Translations under genes and position numbers: made by a program
In this document: piece by piece, positions 14,461 through 28,962 of the stretch
How positions within the stretch are numbered: the first letter of the stretch is position 1
How the letters are laid out: every line of letters starts with the position of its first letter
Assembly: GCA_051362555.1 (NCBI GenBank)
Contig: CM120644.1
Coordinates: 17,134,534 to 17,198,533, forward strand
DNA from: Lingula anatina
Lineage: Eukaryota; Animalia; Brachiopoda
Length of the DNA: 64,000 nucleotides
Direction: 5' to 3'
Notes under the pieces: model-generated
What the model was told of the DNA's origin: nothing
Database searches by the model: none
The model's input: only the letters and a program-made list of their open reading frames with translations

Positions 14461-17400
14461 GGCAATTACCAACTACTAAGGCCTGGTATTTCCACTAACT
14501 GTTCATTCCCAGTACTGCTTATTTGTGTATTTCTTCTGTGTTAATGATTCCTGGAGAAATCGTACCCCAGATGTCTAATCACATGATAAAGTCTTTCACT
14601 CTATAACCAGTGCTTTTTTTCCGCCTTTTCAGTACACATGAACTAAACAAATGAATATTAGTTCAATCAATAAGATTGATCTGTGAAAGACTCAAGTGTT
14701 TGGGGTTGTGGAATGGGAGAATGGAGAGGGCGGGACAGACAAAAGGACCAATCACACTGGCAAGTAAAACGCGGTCCAATAAACCCTGATATAAATGCAG
14801 CTGAAGAAGTTTTGCTTGTGTTCACACTTCTAAGGGCAACGATTGCTTCTCGTCAATCATAATTCTTGTTAAGCATGCACGCTATTGTTCACAGTAAAAA
14901 GTGTTGATATGAACAATATGGCAGGTACTCGAGCTAGGTTGTTATATGCTATGTAAAACAATTATTTTACTTGTAAAAACTAACACTTCCATACAGTACT
15001 GTGAAAAACTGGTGAAACATGTTAACTAGCCCGCTCATGTGCACAAGTACCAAAAGTAAACACACGATTTAGAGTACACCCCGATAGCATCCAAGTCCCG
15101 ATCTGAATTTATTTGGACCACAGTCAGGGGTACATAGTCTGTTCCTATTAGAAAACTGCGAAAGAGCAGCGATTAGGAGTTGATTACAGTCAAAATTGCC
15201 AGTGTGAATGGCCCTAAGTGTGTTTGTATGTGTGTGCAAGTGTACGTGTTCGCGTGCATGTTTGCATAATCATGCGTCCTGGGGTTAAAAATAAGGACAC
15301 ATAAGGCGTAAGTACGACAACACTTCCTCTTAAAAAGTAAAGAACTATTTTCACTTAGTTTGTAAAATAAGAACTGTGTCAACATCATTTCAATCCATAA
15401 TTCAGGCGATGCACATCCTTTTCCTTTATACAGTAAATGCTCCTTTCAAAGTATCACTCACAAACAGCATGACTTCACTTTTAAAAAGGCAGAAGAGGTG
15501 ACATTTTCTTTTTCAACAGATCGATGCATTTCGGAATATAAAGTTAGTTTTATTTCACTTCCGAATCAAACAAAAGCCAATGTTTTTCCAGTGAAAACCA
15601 TTTGAATTATTAAGTGCATGCCTTGCAAAAGCACTATCCTTGTTATCTATTTCATTGGACATCAACAAGCTGTAGTTGTTCTAAATGCATCCCACAACAT
15701 GGTCTGGGTCATTCCAAAATATATGATATCAAAAAATCTCATAGAATGAGCTCAATGGACCATGACCAATAGTATTGATCAACAACTTATAAAAACTCTC
15801 AAAACAACTAAAAGGGATAACGACTGTTGGTAAGATATCCATATTTCACAATAAATACATTGTTTACATACAACTCATAGAATTGTAATAAATTCTATTT
15901 TACCACCAAAACGGCGGTTAACACAATTATTCTGGAATTTGTGTTCTCCATCACTTCAGGTGAACTCCATAGATGGCTACACTCTGTAATAATCTCTTAA
16001 GAGAATATTACAAAAAAAAAACAAACTTTTTATTAAAAAAAGGGGACTTACTTTGAATGTGGGAATGGATTCATTAACCATTGGTAAGTATGGGAAAATT
16101 GTCCTTTATCCCAGGAAATACATTTTTTGGCCAAAATGAACAGTTGTTATTCCTTTAATAAAACTCCTAAAACAGCTGACATGATCCACCCCCCCCCCCT
16201 TTCTGCTGTGTGCAAAAGCATGTGCATGTGTGCAGAAAAAATGTAGAACAATTACAGAGAATTGCTTTGTTCTTCTCCCTTTCTGCTGACGTCAATGCTT
16301 AAGGTCTACCTCACACAATGTTTGTTCCAATATTGATTTAATATGCCAGTCATACCGCAGCCAGTTGACTCTATGCTAATTAAACTGAAACATCTTTTCA
16401 TTAAGTGAGCTCCACTGGTGGAGTTGAAAACATGGATGCTAAGAGGCTATATAACATATGTTGCATGCATCATGCAAGAGCTCAGGGCCACGCAAGTACA
16501 TTATTATTTTTTTTTAAGCAAGTCAAATGTCGTTAGAGATATTTTCTTAGCTGCCGGTGAACACTGTAAGAACTATAATTAACTATTTTTCATGGGCATT
16601 AACTTTGAAATATTCATACCTTTTTTGACTCCTCCCCTATTCTTTAACAAATGCTTCTATCTGGCTTGAAATCTGTAAAAAAAAATCAACAAATGAGTAA
16701 TGAATGCCAACTTCAGTTTGTGACAACCAGATTTCTCTCTCTCTCTCTCTCTCTCTCTTGCTGTGTTTCTGTGTGTATGTGTGTGTGCGTGTGTGTGTGT
16801 GTGTGTGTGTACATGTATGTATACGTAATATACAGGCATTACAAAATGCAAAACAAATTCTAACCCACAAAAGCTAACAAGCGCATCACTTTGTAAATAA
16901 TATAAACACAAACACAACATCCAAGTTATATGTAGCATATATACTTGTCTACTGTTACGATCATCCAAGTTTCCGTGGATGTAAATAGAAGCACATCAAT
17001 AACACTTGATATCTAGCACTACAGAGCCAAACTAGCAAAGATATCATCACACACACAGGCCTCCCGCAGATCCTCAGTAACTGATTCATGAAACTTGCAA
17101 ATGGACATATAGCTGGGGTGGCGCAAACACTTTTATTATCTAGAATTTAGCCAGATACTAAAACTGACTTAAATTGGATTAATAAAAAGGACATGATTTG
17201 ACTAATTTTAGTCAAATTGAAACCATTTGGTTCATAAATTGACAAAAAAAAAAAAAAAAAAAAAATGGTGATTTGGCTAATGCTACCCCAGCATAGACTG
17301 GACTGATTTAAGTTTACTATGTCTAATCACAGGAAACCAATCTGCTCCCTCTGTTTTCCCACCTCAATACCACTAAAACTGAGGCAGGTCATACAGGTTA

Positions 17401-18477
17401 TATTTAATAAGAACCAACTTCCTTTTTTTTTCCAAATTTATAGAAACCAGAAACCCTGAAGTGTCACTCTGACTGGTTGCACTGAGTTGGGACGAGTCAA
17501 CTTGTTTGGGAATGCGACTAATGGCCTGGAAAGACTTCAACTAAGAAACAGTCTTAACACAGTTTTAGCGGGTGTAGATCATTTATCATGCTGCCTATAT
17601 GGTGCCGATGGCTTCACTGTACTATTTCCCAGCCAGAAGTGGAATCCTGCTGGGCTGAAGCAACACACAGACAGAAACCTGCTGAGCTTAGAACAGTACC
17701 TTATCTATGAGCTGATACTTAGGAAAGATCCGACCACCACTGCCCATTGCATCTACGAAGGAATTTTACAACTACGGAAACTACTATCATGTACTATAGC
17801 TGTGTTCACAACTGAACAAATTTACAGTGGAGATATATATATATGTCTACTAACTTGCTGGGTTAGAACTGAGCTTTGTTTTTGTCAAATACTATGGATT
17901 TGTCTTAAATTTAAATACTAGTTGACAAACATGAAATATTTAGACCTATTTTCAGGTGTAAGCTTCTAAATCACAATTTTTTATGAAAACATGTCCTCTT
18001 CTAATATGTTTTACTCCCTCCAGCAGTGAGAGAAATAGAGAAAGCTACATACATGCTGATCTCTGGCAAGAATCAGATCTCAGAAAACGAGAAGTTTATT
18101 TCACAACAAGCGATCAATCAGACCACCATGTCTTATCTAGATTTCCTTTTATTCAGCCAAAAATATTACGAAGACAATCCGGTACGAGGGATAAATGTAC
18201 TTTATTCACAACTCACATAAAAAATGTATATAATTTTCTTAGAGTTATCAAGGCTAAAACAAAATTTGAAGGTCAACCAAAAGAGCGATAACAAGTTACA
18301 TCGTTACTCTTGGTTCACCAGGTGCTCTCTTCTTAACAATATACCCATGGCATTGCCATGGCAACGGGCAGTAAGAATTCATAAATATGATTACCTCCAG
18401 GTGACTAGCATAAAAGGTGCAAATATGTCATGATGAGCAAAATATTCAAAAGCCCTTCTCATAGTGAGTGACATACT

Positions 18478-18738
18478 GAGACCTCATTCTCACAGAGACC
18501 ATCGATCTACATGGATCGACCCAACTCTGCAGGAACTCTTGTTAAGTGCAATCAGCTAAATTGAATGACACGCCTCCTCTTGTTTCCAATATACTCGGAT
18601 ATATTCAGCCCCCTTTTCTGTATTCTACTTCATGATGGGAGGAGGCTTGTTTATCTGTTAAGCTGATTGCAGTCAGCAAGAGTCCCTTCAGAGTTGGGTC
18701 CATCCGCGTACACTGGCAATGTCTATGGGAACGGGACC
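18478..18738. mobile_element. PIF/Harbinger-like MITE (family A)
   Basis: Long imperfect palindrome (CCCAACTCTGCAGGAACTCTTG / CAAGAGTCCCTTCAGAGTTGGG); a half copy lies at ~6990-7100. Confidence 0.75.
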
Positions 18739-21700
18739 TATACGAGCTCTATACAGTCTGTACTGGTATATTGACAGCTTAATGGAGTATAAGGGTGTTA
18801 ACAAAACAGAGTCCCCACCCCTTCAATATTATGATTCCTTTTTTTATTAAAGAAATTTGTACACTGACCTGATACTAGTAGGACAAAACGTGTTATATAG
18901 GGGGACTGAATGTGACCTTGGCAACAAACAACAGGTTCTATCAAGAGAATACCATGAGGTGATAGCAAACATAGTAAACCTTCAATTATTACACTGTAAT
19001 AATACCACACAGTAAGAATATTCTACATCAGTTCACTTCCATTCTTAAAAAAAAAATTATACGAAAGTATGCATCACAATATAAGGGCCCTGCAACACAG
19101 TTATCAAGGCACTTTCATGAAAGAAACATTTAACCATAAGGAAACAAAAATTGTCCCAAAGAAATACCAGCATATTACTATGACTACATTAACTCTTCAC
19201 AAAAAAATAACAAGGGATAATTAAACACTATACCACACCGTCGTCATAAGAGATCTCCACTGACGTCACTTGTGGCCTAGAAAAGTTCACATTTAATGAA
19301 AAACAGTTCCTGGGGTTGGACTGAAAGGTCACAAAGGCCAATTCACATCAGGGTTTTGCATTAAACATTGGTGCAAAGCTGTTGGTTGCAACCCTCCCCC
19401 CCCCCCTCCCCCACCCACACCACCTAACCCACTTTTTATCTTTCTTGGAAAAAAAAACATGCATTAAAATACATAGCCACTTAATGCTAGGGTTGCTTTA
19501 TGCTAGCATGCAAGTGGGAAAGAGGAAATAGGGCATAAAGCTCTGTTCCCCCACCATTAGTAAGTTCCAATTTAAAGCCAGGTGTGAACTGGTCCGAACT
19601 TTCAGTCAAGGCTGCACTTAAACTTGACCTAGAAGTAGGCCATACACAGAGAGTGCATTTCTATAAAAAAATTCTGTATGATTAATCAGACCTTGCAAAT
19701 AAAAGTTTGCATATATATGTTCTACGATCTCATCTCACTTTCCATCATTTTTCATTCTGGCTAAATATATTTTTAACCAAACCATTGGCTAAAAAAGTAG
19801 CATTTTCATTTACTGTTAGTTCATTTTAGTATCTGGCAAACCTGTTAATGACATGCAGTGACTTAACTCTGACCAAGGGGTTCACAGTGTGGAAAGTTTG
19901 AACATTTTACTTTTAGAAATGAAAATGCAGAAGATTCCACTACCCAACAATCCAAAAATAAATTTTATTTGTCATGAAGAGTGCATTTCACTCTTTTGCT
20001 CTTAGTATTCATATATAAGGGACCTATTAATGGGTAACTGGCCAGCCGCCTATTAATAACAGCAATTTATCTGGAGGTTTTGCATATTTTTCATGTTTTC
20101 TTCCAGACAGACAGAGAGACAGACAGACATAGAGAGAGAGAGATGCTGCTCTTACCTTAGCTCTCCCATCATTTGGTGTAATACAAAATAAACAGGAAAC
20201 CCTGGTAAATCTTTTGCTGTTATATCACTTACCAAGGCAGCAGCTTGTTTACTCAACCTCAACAGTTAGGAATTTTTTTAAAATACATAAGATAATAAAA
20301 AGATGCCATTTTTTATTTACATCATGCATCAAGGCATTAAAATTCTAACCTGATACTTGGGTGATTTAAATGTGACAGCTTGAATCGGCTCATGACGTTA
20401 GACCAAACACAGTTTTGCGTCAGCAAGACTTCAGTGAATGCAAAGCTTGTCCTATTTAGAACATGGTCAACGTATGAAACTGGGGAGAAAGGAATTTCCT
20501 TATTGATTCTAGACAGCGATGTATCTTGTCTTAAAGACATTACAGAGATTCTGCACCCACTGGCTTTCTGACTTTTCGTTGCCATTATTTCTGATTATGT
20601 AAGCAATTTATCACAGCAAATGCCAAACTGGCAAATAATAAAAAAAAAAACTTTCTCCATCAACTTACATCTTAAGACATGTATTGGATAGAAAAACTCA
20701 GTATTATCTTACACAGTAACAAAGTAATTCCTTCTTTTTCGCTAATGAAAGTACTACCGTTTAAGCGAAAAATATTCAGTTTAAATTGTAAGGATTTCCA
20801 AATTCCAAATGCATCATCTAATTCAAATGATGATATTACAGGCTTTAAAGATCCATTTCAATATTCCTCAGCCGCAATTCCAGCAAATTTGTGATAGTTA
20901 TAGTGCATCCCAGTTCAACAGGCCATTTTAATATCTAACCAGAGGAAACCAATCCGATCTCTCTTTTGTCCCATCCATTGCAAAGTACTTTAAAATATTC
21001 ATCAGCATAATGACAGTTTTGTTTTTTTTTAATTTTCCCAGAACACATCGCCATTTTCATCAGACACACCTCCCAAGTCCACGTTTTCCATAAAATTTAA
21101 AATGCAGTACCTGGTTGCGTTCCCTTGCATTCCCTCCCTCCACGGATCAAAGCTGCAGAAATAATTTTAGATAAATCATTTTTCGACATTACCAATCAAA
21201 CAGCAAAATCAGCAAAATCTTTCTCTAGACAAGACGATCATGTTGAAATAGCAGTATGTGAATATTGTTTATTTGTAAACACATTAATTTGTGTTGTGCT
21301 GGCTTTTGCACAATAATCATGTTCCCTGCATCTACCTGCACATTCTGCTTTTAAATAAATGTCTAGGTACTTGAATATTTCACAAAGTGTACGGTAAAAA
21401 CTTGGAAATTTTCGTCACTTAAAAATTTAATATTTTTAAATGCATGAATCCGACCAACCCATATTACAAGACAAATTTTACAAAATTATGGAGAGGTCCA
21501 TTTTCAAGTTTGATGTGATTTTAAAGGTGAAAATAATAGTGTAGGCAGAGAATGGTTTTCTGACAAAATTTTGAAGACACTAAATCCTCAAATTTTCACC
21601 ATATTTTTTAACAACAATCATACAAAGGTTGCCAATAGATTCTCACCCTGGACTCCTAATTATGATCATTACAATTCAAGTTACTGTAAAGTTCTGGGTT

Positions 21701-22327
21701 AGAAAATGAAGGGAATCCCTATTAATTATATTTAAATTCTAAACTGTTTCAAGGAGCTACAAAAAAAGGTAAGTAATAAGTACCTCTGTTATTTAAGTGT
21801 AAGCAGGACATTATCATCCCTCTTCTGTCAAGAAATATTTAACGCACATATTTCAAATTAAATGGATGTCAAGTCTAAATTTGGATCATCATTCATTTGC
21901 TTTTCATGCAACGCATATATATGAATTTTTCACTAGGTTTTTACCAGGTTCTATTTGAAGGCAGTTCATTTAGTTCGATGAGGGATTGGGCCTTTCGAAA
22001 AGTCTCCCTGCCTCGTCAGATATTTCAATTTCTTATTCACTTTCATTACAACCCTAAAGCATCTATGGAGTTGGGACAATGCCTCCTTTACTTGACCCCC
22101 CCTCTACCCCCATTTATTGCATTTTCATCACTGTGCTTTGTCTCAAAAAATTCTGGCCTCGTTGAAAATATTTGGCTATTAAGCATGCATGAGACCTTGC
22201 ATAGTTTGGTACAGGCATTCTGATTGGTTGGTCATCATGCACCTTAAGTTTCAGAGGTCGCCTGAAACAAGCCAAGAAAAAAAAGTGGAAATTTTCCAGT
22301 TGCTTCTGAAACACAGGGTGACATTAT

Positions 22328-22566
22328 GAACTCATTCCCATTAAAACTAACATTCTACGTAAAGCGATCCAACTCTATGGGGGTGCAGTCAGATTTAGAG
22401 ACCAACACACCTCCTCTTGGTGGACTAGAATACAGAAAAGCTGGTGATAATACAAACATTGGAAACAAGAGGAGTGTTAATATGTTTATCTGATTGCATT
22501 CAGTGAGAGTCCCCACAGTGTTGGATCGAACTACGTAGAACATCAGTTTCAGTGGGAAAAAGCCCT
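22328..22566. mobile_element. PIF/Harbinger-like MITE (family A)
   Basis: Imperfect palindrome with the same arms as 18478-18738. Confidence 0.65.
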
Positions 22567-25500
22567 ATGAGGTAGAGGCATGCAATGTGGTCATTAGTAA
22601 CAGGTGGCAAAATCGCTGACATTTCCCGTTCAGATGCTTCGGGGGGAAATCACCATGAACCTCCAACTATTTAAGTAAATGAAAATCACTGTGAACTATT
22701 AAAGTACTGGAACACCTGAAAAATATGCGGAATTCTCGACAATAAAGCGATGAGGCATGCAATATAATTTTACTCCTCGGATCAAAGCCGCAAAAATATT
22801 TTTAGATAAATCATTTTCGGACATTACCAATCATACAGCAAATTTTTTTCTCTGCACAAGTTGATCATGTTGAAATAGCAGCATGTGAATATTTTAAAGG
22901 TTTTAAATATACCTGTCCGTTATAAAAACTCAGTGCAATGGGAGGACATGGAAGAGACATCCCATCATAACTCAGACAATCAAAGCATTGATGTGTTGCC
23001 TTCATGATGCAAGTACAGTAAATCAGCCAATTTTTTCTGTTTTTATGCTATCATCAACATTTTTTGTTTAAAGATTAACTGCTGGTTGAACTCCTTTATG
23101 CTTAAATTTAAAACAAGAACAACGACTGCCTTGTGTGAAGAAGATATTTATTATAAGCAACAGCCTGGATATTTGGACAATAAAGAAAATTAATACTAAT
23201 TGTAAATTTTTCCTGGTCAAATGCAGAAGGATTACAGTGACAGTCGCTAACTGGGTCAGGGGTTGGGCGTAAAATCAGGATCATGCGGTTAGTTCATACC
23301 AAGTCTAGCTTGATCCAGATGTAGTTAACTTACATCACCAATAAACAGACCACACAAAAGCCTTCAGCACACCTTGTAACTTTTTTAAATAGCACTTTTA
23401 GGTGGTTTACTGGTATCAATAATGAATTAAATTATTTCTACGTGCACATAGCAGGAAATGGTGTCACTTCACCTAACTGGAATCAGAATATTTCTGAATG
23501 TGCCTTACGACAGGAAGGGAGGGCATAAAATGCAGATCAGTCCTCAAACAATGCAGCAGTGTATAAAACTAAGAGACATTACCAGTGACTAATGCATTCA
23601 ACATGCTTTTAATTGCAGTTATAGGTATTTACGTGCAAGGCCCGAGGTGAGAAAGCCACTAGACAAAACTTTGTTCCGTGACTGCGTTCACACTTGTTGC
23701 ACAGGATTCTAACCTGAACTGATCTTAACAGAAGGGGCATTTTGATCAATTTCTGCAATCAATAAACATGTTATAGGACTAAGGGAGAGGAGGGGGGCAG
23801 GGGAGAGAGACAGAGATAAGATGAAACATTGTCACTTGGGCCTGTCCACTGCATTGCAGTTTTAACATTAAAAACCTACATAACCGATTCAGGTTAGAAA
23901 CACTTTAAACCGTTAAGAGGGCAGCCTTGAGGCACTGAACCGTTTGCTATGAAATCATGCAGTCACAATAAATAAAACTGCAATGTCCCACTGATTGCCA
24001 TATAAAAGGTTTCCCCAAGGTTAAGGCTAATGTTGGTTCAGTTGCACTCACCATTGTGTTGCCTCCAATAAAGTCAAAAGACATCAAATTTAACATGCAT
24101 AAAGAGGGTGCTAGTATTCAAATTAATCCAGTTTCTTATACAAATTATAAAATTCTGCTTTCTCTTGCTTTGTGGTGAGAAATGTTCTAGTTAACAGGTT
24201 CTGGACAACATGACTTGGCAAAGTAGTTAATCTGCTACAGTGAGTAATAACACAAAAATACTTTTCCAAAACATTTTCCCCTTCAAGTTTTGTGAAACAA
24301 AAGATTTGTTTCATCTTAATGAATATCACTGTAGTCTGTGGATTTTCTTTTACGTCATACTTTGACATAAATTTCACAATAAATTTTTGCTGTCTGTTTT
24401 AACCCCTTTTTTTTCTCCAAGTTAGGTATGTTAAGCAATTTCAAAGTGAATCAAACATAGATAACAAGCCAGATTGGAAGAAAAGCATATGTCAACTAAT
24501 AACGTATTTGCATGATGTAATGCAATCAAATGTCCATTTGTCCTGTGAATGCATCTGGAGAGATGCAGTCTAAGGACTGGTTTACTCTTTATAGATCTGA
24601 GTGAATGCATGCATACAATACATTACAGAGGCTACTACTCAATTTGCTAAGAACAAATCTATGCTTTACACATTCCAACTGAGCATTTTTTTTTTTTTTT
24701 TTTTTTCAATAAAAAGGCTAGGTGCCAGTATTTCTCCACAAAACAATTTTAAACAATTACACATTTTGACTTATAACAATGACCAAAAAATACTGGCAGT
24801 CTTCAGAAAGACCGAGGAGACTATGTAAATAAGCCTTTATTTTTAAGTTTATTAGAAGCAGTTCTAAATTGCCACTTTCTGACCCAAAAGCTAAATGCAA
24901 ACACATTATTGACATCAAAAGTGTTGCCACTAGTACTACTTTATAATCCAAACCTAAATTAAATGTCACCAATGTACTCCTAGTAGCCACTGGGAATACA
25001 GGTTTCTTTACCTTGTGTTACTGGTTAAATTCAAGCCTAAGCCATGACTCATATGTTTTTTCTATCTTAAATCATCACAATGATGGCACGGCTATTTCCA
25101 CCGAAGGTCAACTGTGACCTAAATAGTCCAGACTTACATCCTACATTTGGAGATACAGGTGTGATTCTAATCATTGTTCAGTATTGTCAATCACCAAGGG
25201 TAGAATCACCAAAAAGTCTATGAAGGTGTCTTGGAGTCACTCATTGACACATTATCACCTACATCTGATTGTTTTGCTCGTTCTGATTCACAGGGGCCAG
25301 ATATTTAATTTAAGGGATAGGAATGACAACCACATTCTTCGATTCTGGGTGTGGTTTTCTTCGCAATAAATTACGACAGAACTTTCCAGGGCAGCTGAGC
25401 CAGCCGAGCGACTGCAAGTCCTACGTGCACGCTACTACTTGTCATAATAACCCGATTAAACACACAAGGAAACTCGGCCCTGAAATCGACATATTGAAAT

Positions 25501-25659
25501 TTACAAATGCACCGCACACGTTGTGTTTACATCCACGTTTCAGATTAACCCCAATGCACACTCGCATACAAGCGCACTCCAAATCACCTCCAATATCTTG
25601 TTAATTGATGCACTGTTGATACACAAGCAGATATGAATGATAAAAGCGTGAAAACTCAC

Positions 25660-25800
25660 CGAAATTCAATCGCTATCGAGCTCAGGCCTCACAAACAGTC
25701 GCCATTGCAAGCGAAGTCACGTGATAATTGTCGTCAATCCGTTCTAAAAATAGGCACTCTATTCATTGGCGTAAATCGAGCGCACGCGAGGATATAAATA
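25660..25800 (-). promoter_or_regulatory. CpG-island-like promoter of the left-hand gene
   Basis: GTCACGTGAT E-box (USF/MiT-TFE type) 25716-25725; CCAAT on minus strand ~25766-25770; ATGGCG at ~25700-25705. Confidence 0.55.
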
Positions 25801-26343
25801 GAACTGATAAACAACAATGCAGTGGCCTGTGTTGAGAGAAAGGGAGCTTTTCGGGGCTGCCACCTGTTCTAGCCGAGGGTTAAACTTTTAAAGAATATCC
25901 AGTTGTTTGTTTATTTGTTCTAATTTTACGTAAGCCAATCATTAGTATTTACTACATTTTACGCACAAAAAATGATCCAGGCTTTTATGACTATTTGGTA
26001 TTGAACGACCCCCCGCTTTTATTGGCATAGTAAATTTTATTTGCACACTTTCAAAGAGGATTGGCGGTTGGCTTTCTTGCAGTTAACGTTTTTTCTTAAG
26101 AACTGTTATACAAAAGAAAGAAGTTAATGAGAATATTTATTAGTGTGTATTTATTTGTTTGCACTTATTGCCCCGTTGTATAACTGCCGTTTATGTTGAA
26201 ACAAAATCTGCTGGTTATAAGAAATTTACTGGCATTAGTCAAATCGGTCCTCACAAACCTTGCTAGAAATAATGGGTACAAGTCTACAGGCAATGTAGAT
26301 ATATACACACTAGGGCAAAATAGGAAGCAAAAGAGACAAATAT

Positions 26344-26559
26344 CAGGGGCGGATCCAGGATTATTTGAAGGGGGGGTCCGCAGATGCGAAGCCGACCCCC
26401 TCTCCACTTTTGGTATTTTAGAGGGCGAACAGTGCCATTTGGTACGGTTAACTTAAGAACAATGATGCGGCTAGTCAAAATTCTAATTTCAAGAGGAGAC
26501 CAGAAATCGAGGGGGGGGGGGGGGCAGGAACACCTGACCCCCCTCTAAATCCGCCACTG
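26344..26559. mobile_element. CAGGGGCGGAT-type MITE
   Basis: TIR CAGGGGCGGAT...ATCCGCCACTG; interior shared with 61747-61984. Confidence 0.75.
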
Positions 26560-27748
26560 GTGTGATATATATTCAGAAAGAGATGGGGAGGAGGGGTCAG
26601 GGGAGTCCTGACCCATCCTCCTCTAAATCAGCCACTGACTTTTCAGATGCTAAGTTTAAAAAAGGCAGGCACGTTCCAGTAAATATCGAAAATATTTCTT
26701 TTTATTATTATTTCATGTTAACAATGACCAACTTCGTGGTATGTACGTATGCCTGGCTTCCAAAACATGACTGCTCCTATTGCACTGAACTTGTTGGCTC
26801 ACACAAATTATCAGTCTAATTCTAAACCCTGTGTTCGGATTCAGCTCTTGATTTAAAATTCCAATTGATAAAAGAAATGCTGCAGCCACAATATTACTTC
26901 CAGTAAACTTTAATAAAATCGTTAATGGTACAATTCTGACACGCAACAACCCAACTATAGAAAAACCTTTACCCACCTCGAATTAAAAAGACAAATAGCT
27001 GCAGAAATAGCTTAAAACAGAGCTATGATTGCTTGAAAATAAATATTGAAAACACCGCCCCGTTCATTTATTATTACACATAATGGCGCATATGTTTGCT
27101 TCTTATTGGCCTAACGAGGATGGATGTATATTGCTTTTTATAGCGACACAAGCATGAGCTATAAGTCGCATCACAAAAAGGTTACTTTAATGCATGATCA
27201 ATATCCTGGAAAAAACGAAATATTTTGATACAATTTTTACATGTCAAAACCCCTACACACAGCCCAAATTGTAACATATCGGGTTAAAGAAATCGATCGC
27301 TGGACAACAGGATTACAAAATACCACAAAACGTAACATAATTTTCCTATTAAATAAGCAATCATGCTACAAAGCCCATCAGTAAAACAAGAAATACGGGT
27401 AAGCAATTATGTGTTGGCAATTATAACAATAGATGTCTCGGAAGCGACGGTACAAACGGACTCAGGGGTCAAAACATAGGCAGAAAAAATTAGCGTCCGT
27501 ATGTAAAAATAAGACGGGACGACGAAGAACAATAAACACCACTGCAATAAGTAAAATAAATAAAAAGTCAATAGGACGGTTACTTCGGAGGTCGATCGAT
27601 TTACCTAAGAGCGCAATGCTTCAGATAGACGCCTTTTTACGATTTCTAACCATATAGGTTGTCATTCTTATCCTTTTGTGGTTCCACCTATGCCAATGTC
27701 ATTGCTCAAGGTGCGATATTGCAATCACATTGTATGATGACACAGCTC

Positions 27749-27980
27749 AACTAGAAAAGCACTCCGAGAGCGCAGACCTTTTGATTATTAGTGATTATTG
27801 ATAGATTATTGATCCGGATCACCACCATAAATTAATCACTTCTATACGTTAACCCATTTCCGACCAACCCTGAAAATTTCATCAAAATTGGTCCATAACT
27901 TTTTGAGTTATGTTGATGACAAACAAACGAACAAACAGACAGACAGGGGTGAAAACATAACCTCCTTGGCGGAGGTAATT
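27749..27980 (+). mobile_element. Short HINE/pearl-like element (second family)
   Basis: AACTAGAAAAGCACTC start, (ACAA/ACAG)n microsatellite, terminal hairpin ACCTCCTTGGCGGAGGT followed by AAT. Confidence 0.7.
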
Positions 27981-28962
27981 AAGGTTGAACTGTACCTAAG
28001 CAGGGCTAAATATCATGGTTTTATAGATAAAATCAAGAGTAAGTCTTTAAAGAAAAATCCCCAAGCCCCTTTTGTAGTACTTTGTTTAAGTGTTATAATA
28101 TTATTAAAAGCATGTTAATAGCTGTCCATGAAAATTGTGTCTTTGACCAAAAATCCCGATATTACGTCACACGATGAATTTGGAGCTGTGTTTCAAGCAT
28201 AAAGATAAAATTAAGATAAAATCTCCAACATGCAGTCCTACCTTAAGCCATCAAACAGCACTGGAAATGCGGAATGGCCACGTGCATTTTTACAAAACAG
28301 ATATCTCTGAAATTTAATTCATATAAATATGTATGTGGTTGTAGAATCTGAAACGGGCTCTAGTGTCGTTGCCTTTTTAATTGATCATGATGTCCCATAA
28401 AAGTTTGCATGACTGCACGCTCTGGCAAATGCCATTCTTTCTGTGTGCTTTTTACGCGTTCTGTGAGTTCCGTTATTAGATTGGTACAGGACGCACGAAC
28501 GTCATTAAATATCCCCAAACACTTCCGTGTTGCTATTGATCGGCGTGACTTTTGGTAATATATACCTGTCTCTTTTTACACTTATTAAAATGAAAAGTTT
28601 TTCCTCGATGTTAACTTCGTTCTCCGGTGTTAAATGTTGCAACTTTTTAAAATTGGAAAGGCTCTTAACTGTAATGGTGTATTTTCCTTTGAAGTTATAG
28701 CCTAAAGAGTAGTTCAAATAAGGTCTCAGAACATAAAATATATATCTATAAACACAAATTTTTATTTCGTTGCCGGAATAAAAGGATTGGCCTAATAAAA
28801 AATAAAAGCCAGGGGCAACGACCAACAGATTACTTCCCCAAGTGATTTTAACAAGGCAAAGCATATTCATAAACATGGAATAATCTGCCACAAATTCCCA
28901 AAGGTGAGTATTAGAAATTAACCGTTTAAGTAGCCTATAGAACCAGTCTCTTCTTGGTGTAA

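Larger units (their letters stand above)
1..25712 (-). other. 5' part (first exon, long introns, candidate alternative exons) of an unidentified large gene continuing left of the window
   Basis: CpG-rich promoter at 25.3-25.9 kb with a first exon ending TTCG|GTGAGT at 25660. The region to the left appears CpG-depleted with A/C excess on +, like the other minus-strand gene bodies. Further minus-strand GTAAG-type donors lie near 25012, 20232, 20155, 8294 and 3022 (3091-3022 encodes MKFAALDHCLIPMQFPRLLYDIP). No recognisable protein domain. Confidence 0.5.

Noticed and set aside
17487-18433. Several 60-144 aa plus-strand ORFs (likewise minus-strand 28505-28978 and 62557-62961)
   Set aside because: No recognisable domains, mostly non-ATG starts, and no consistent splice structure.
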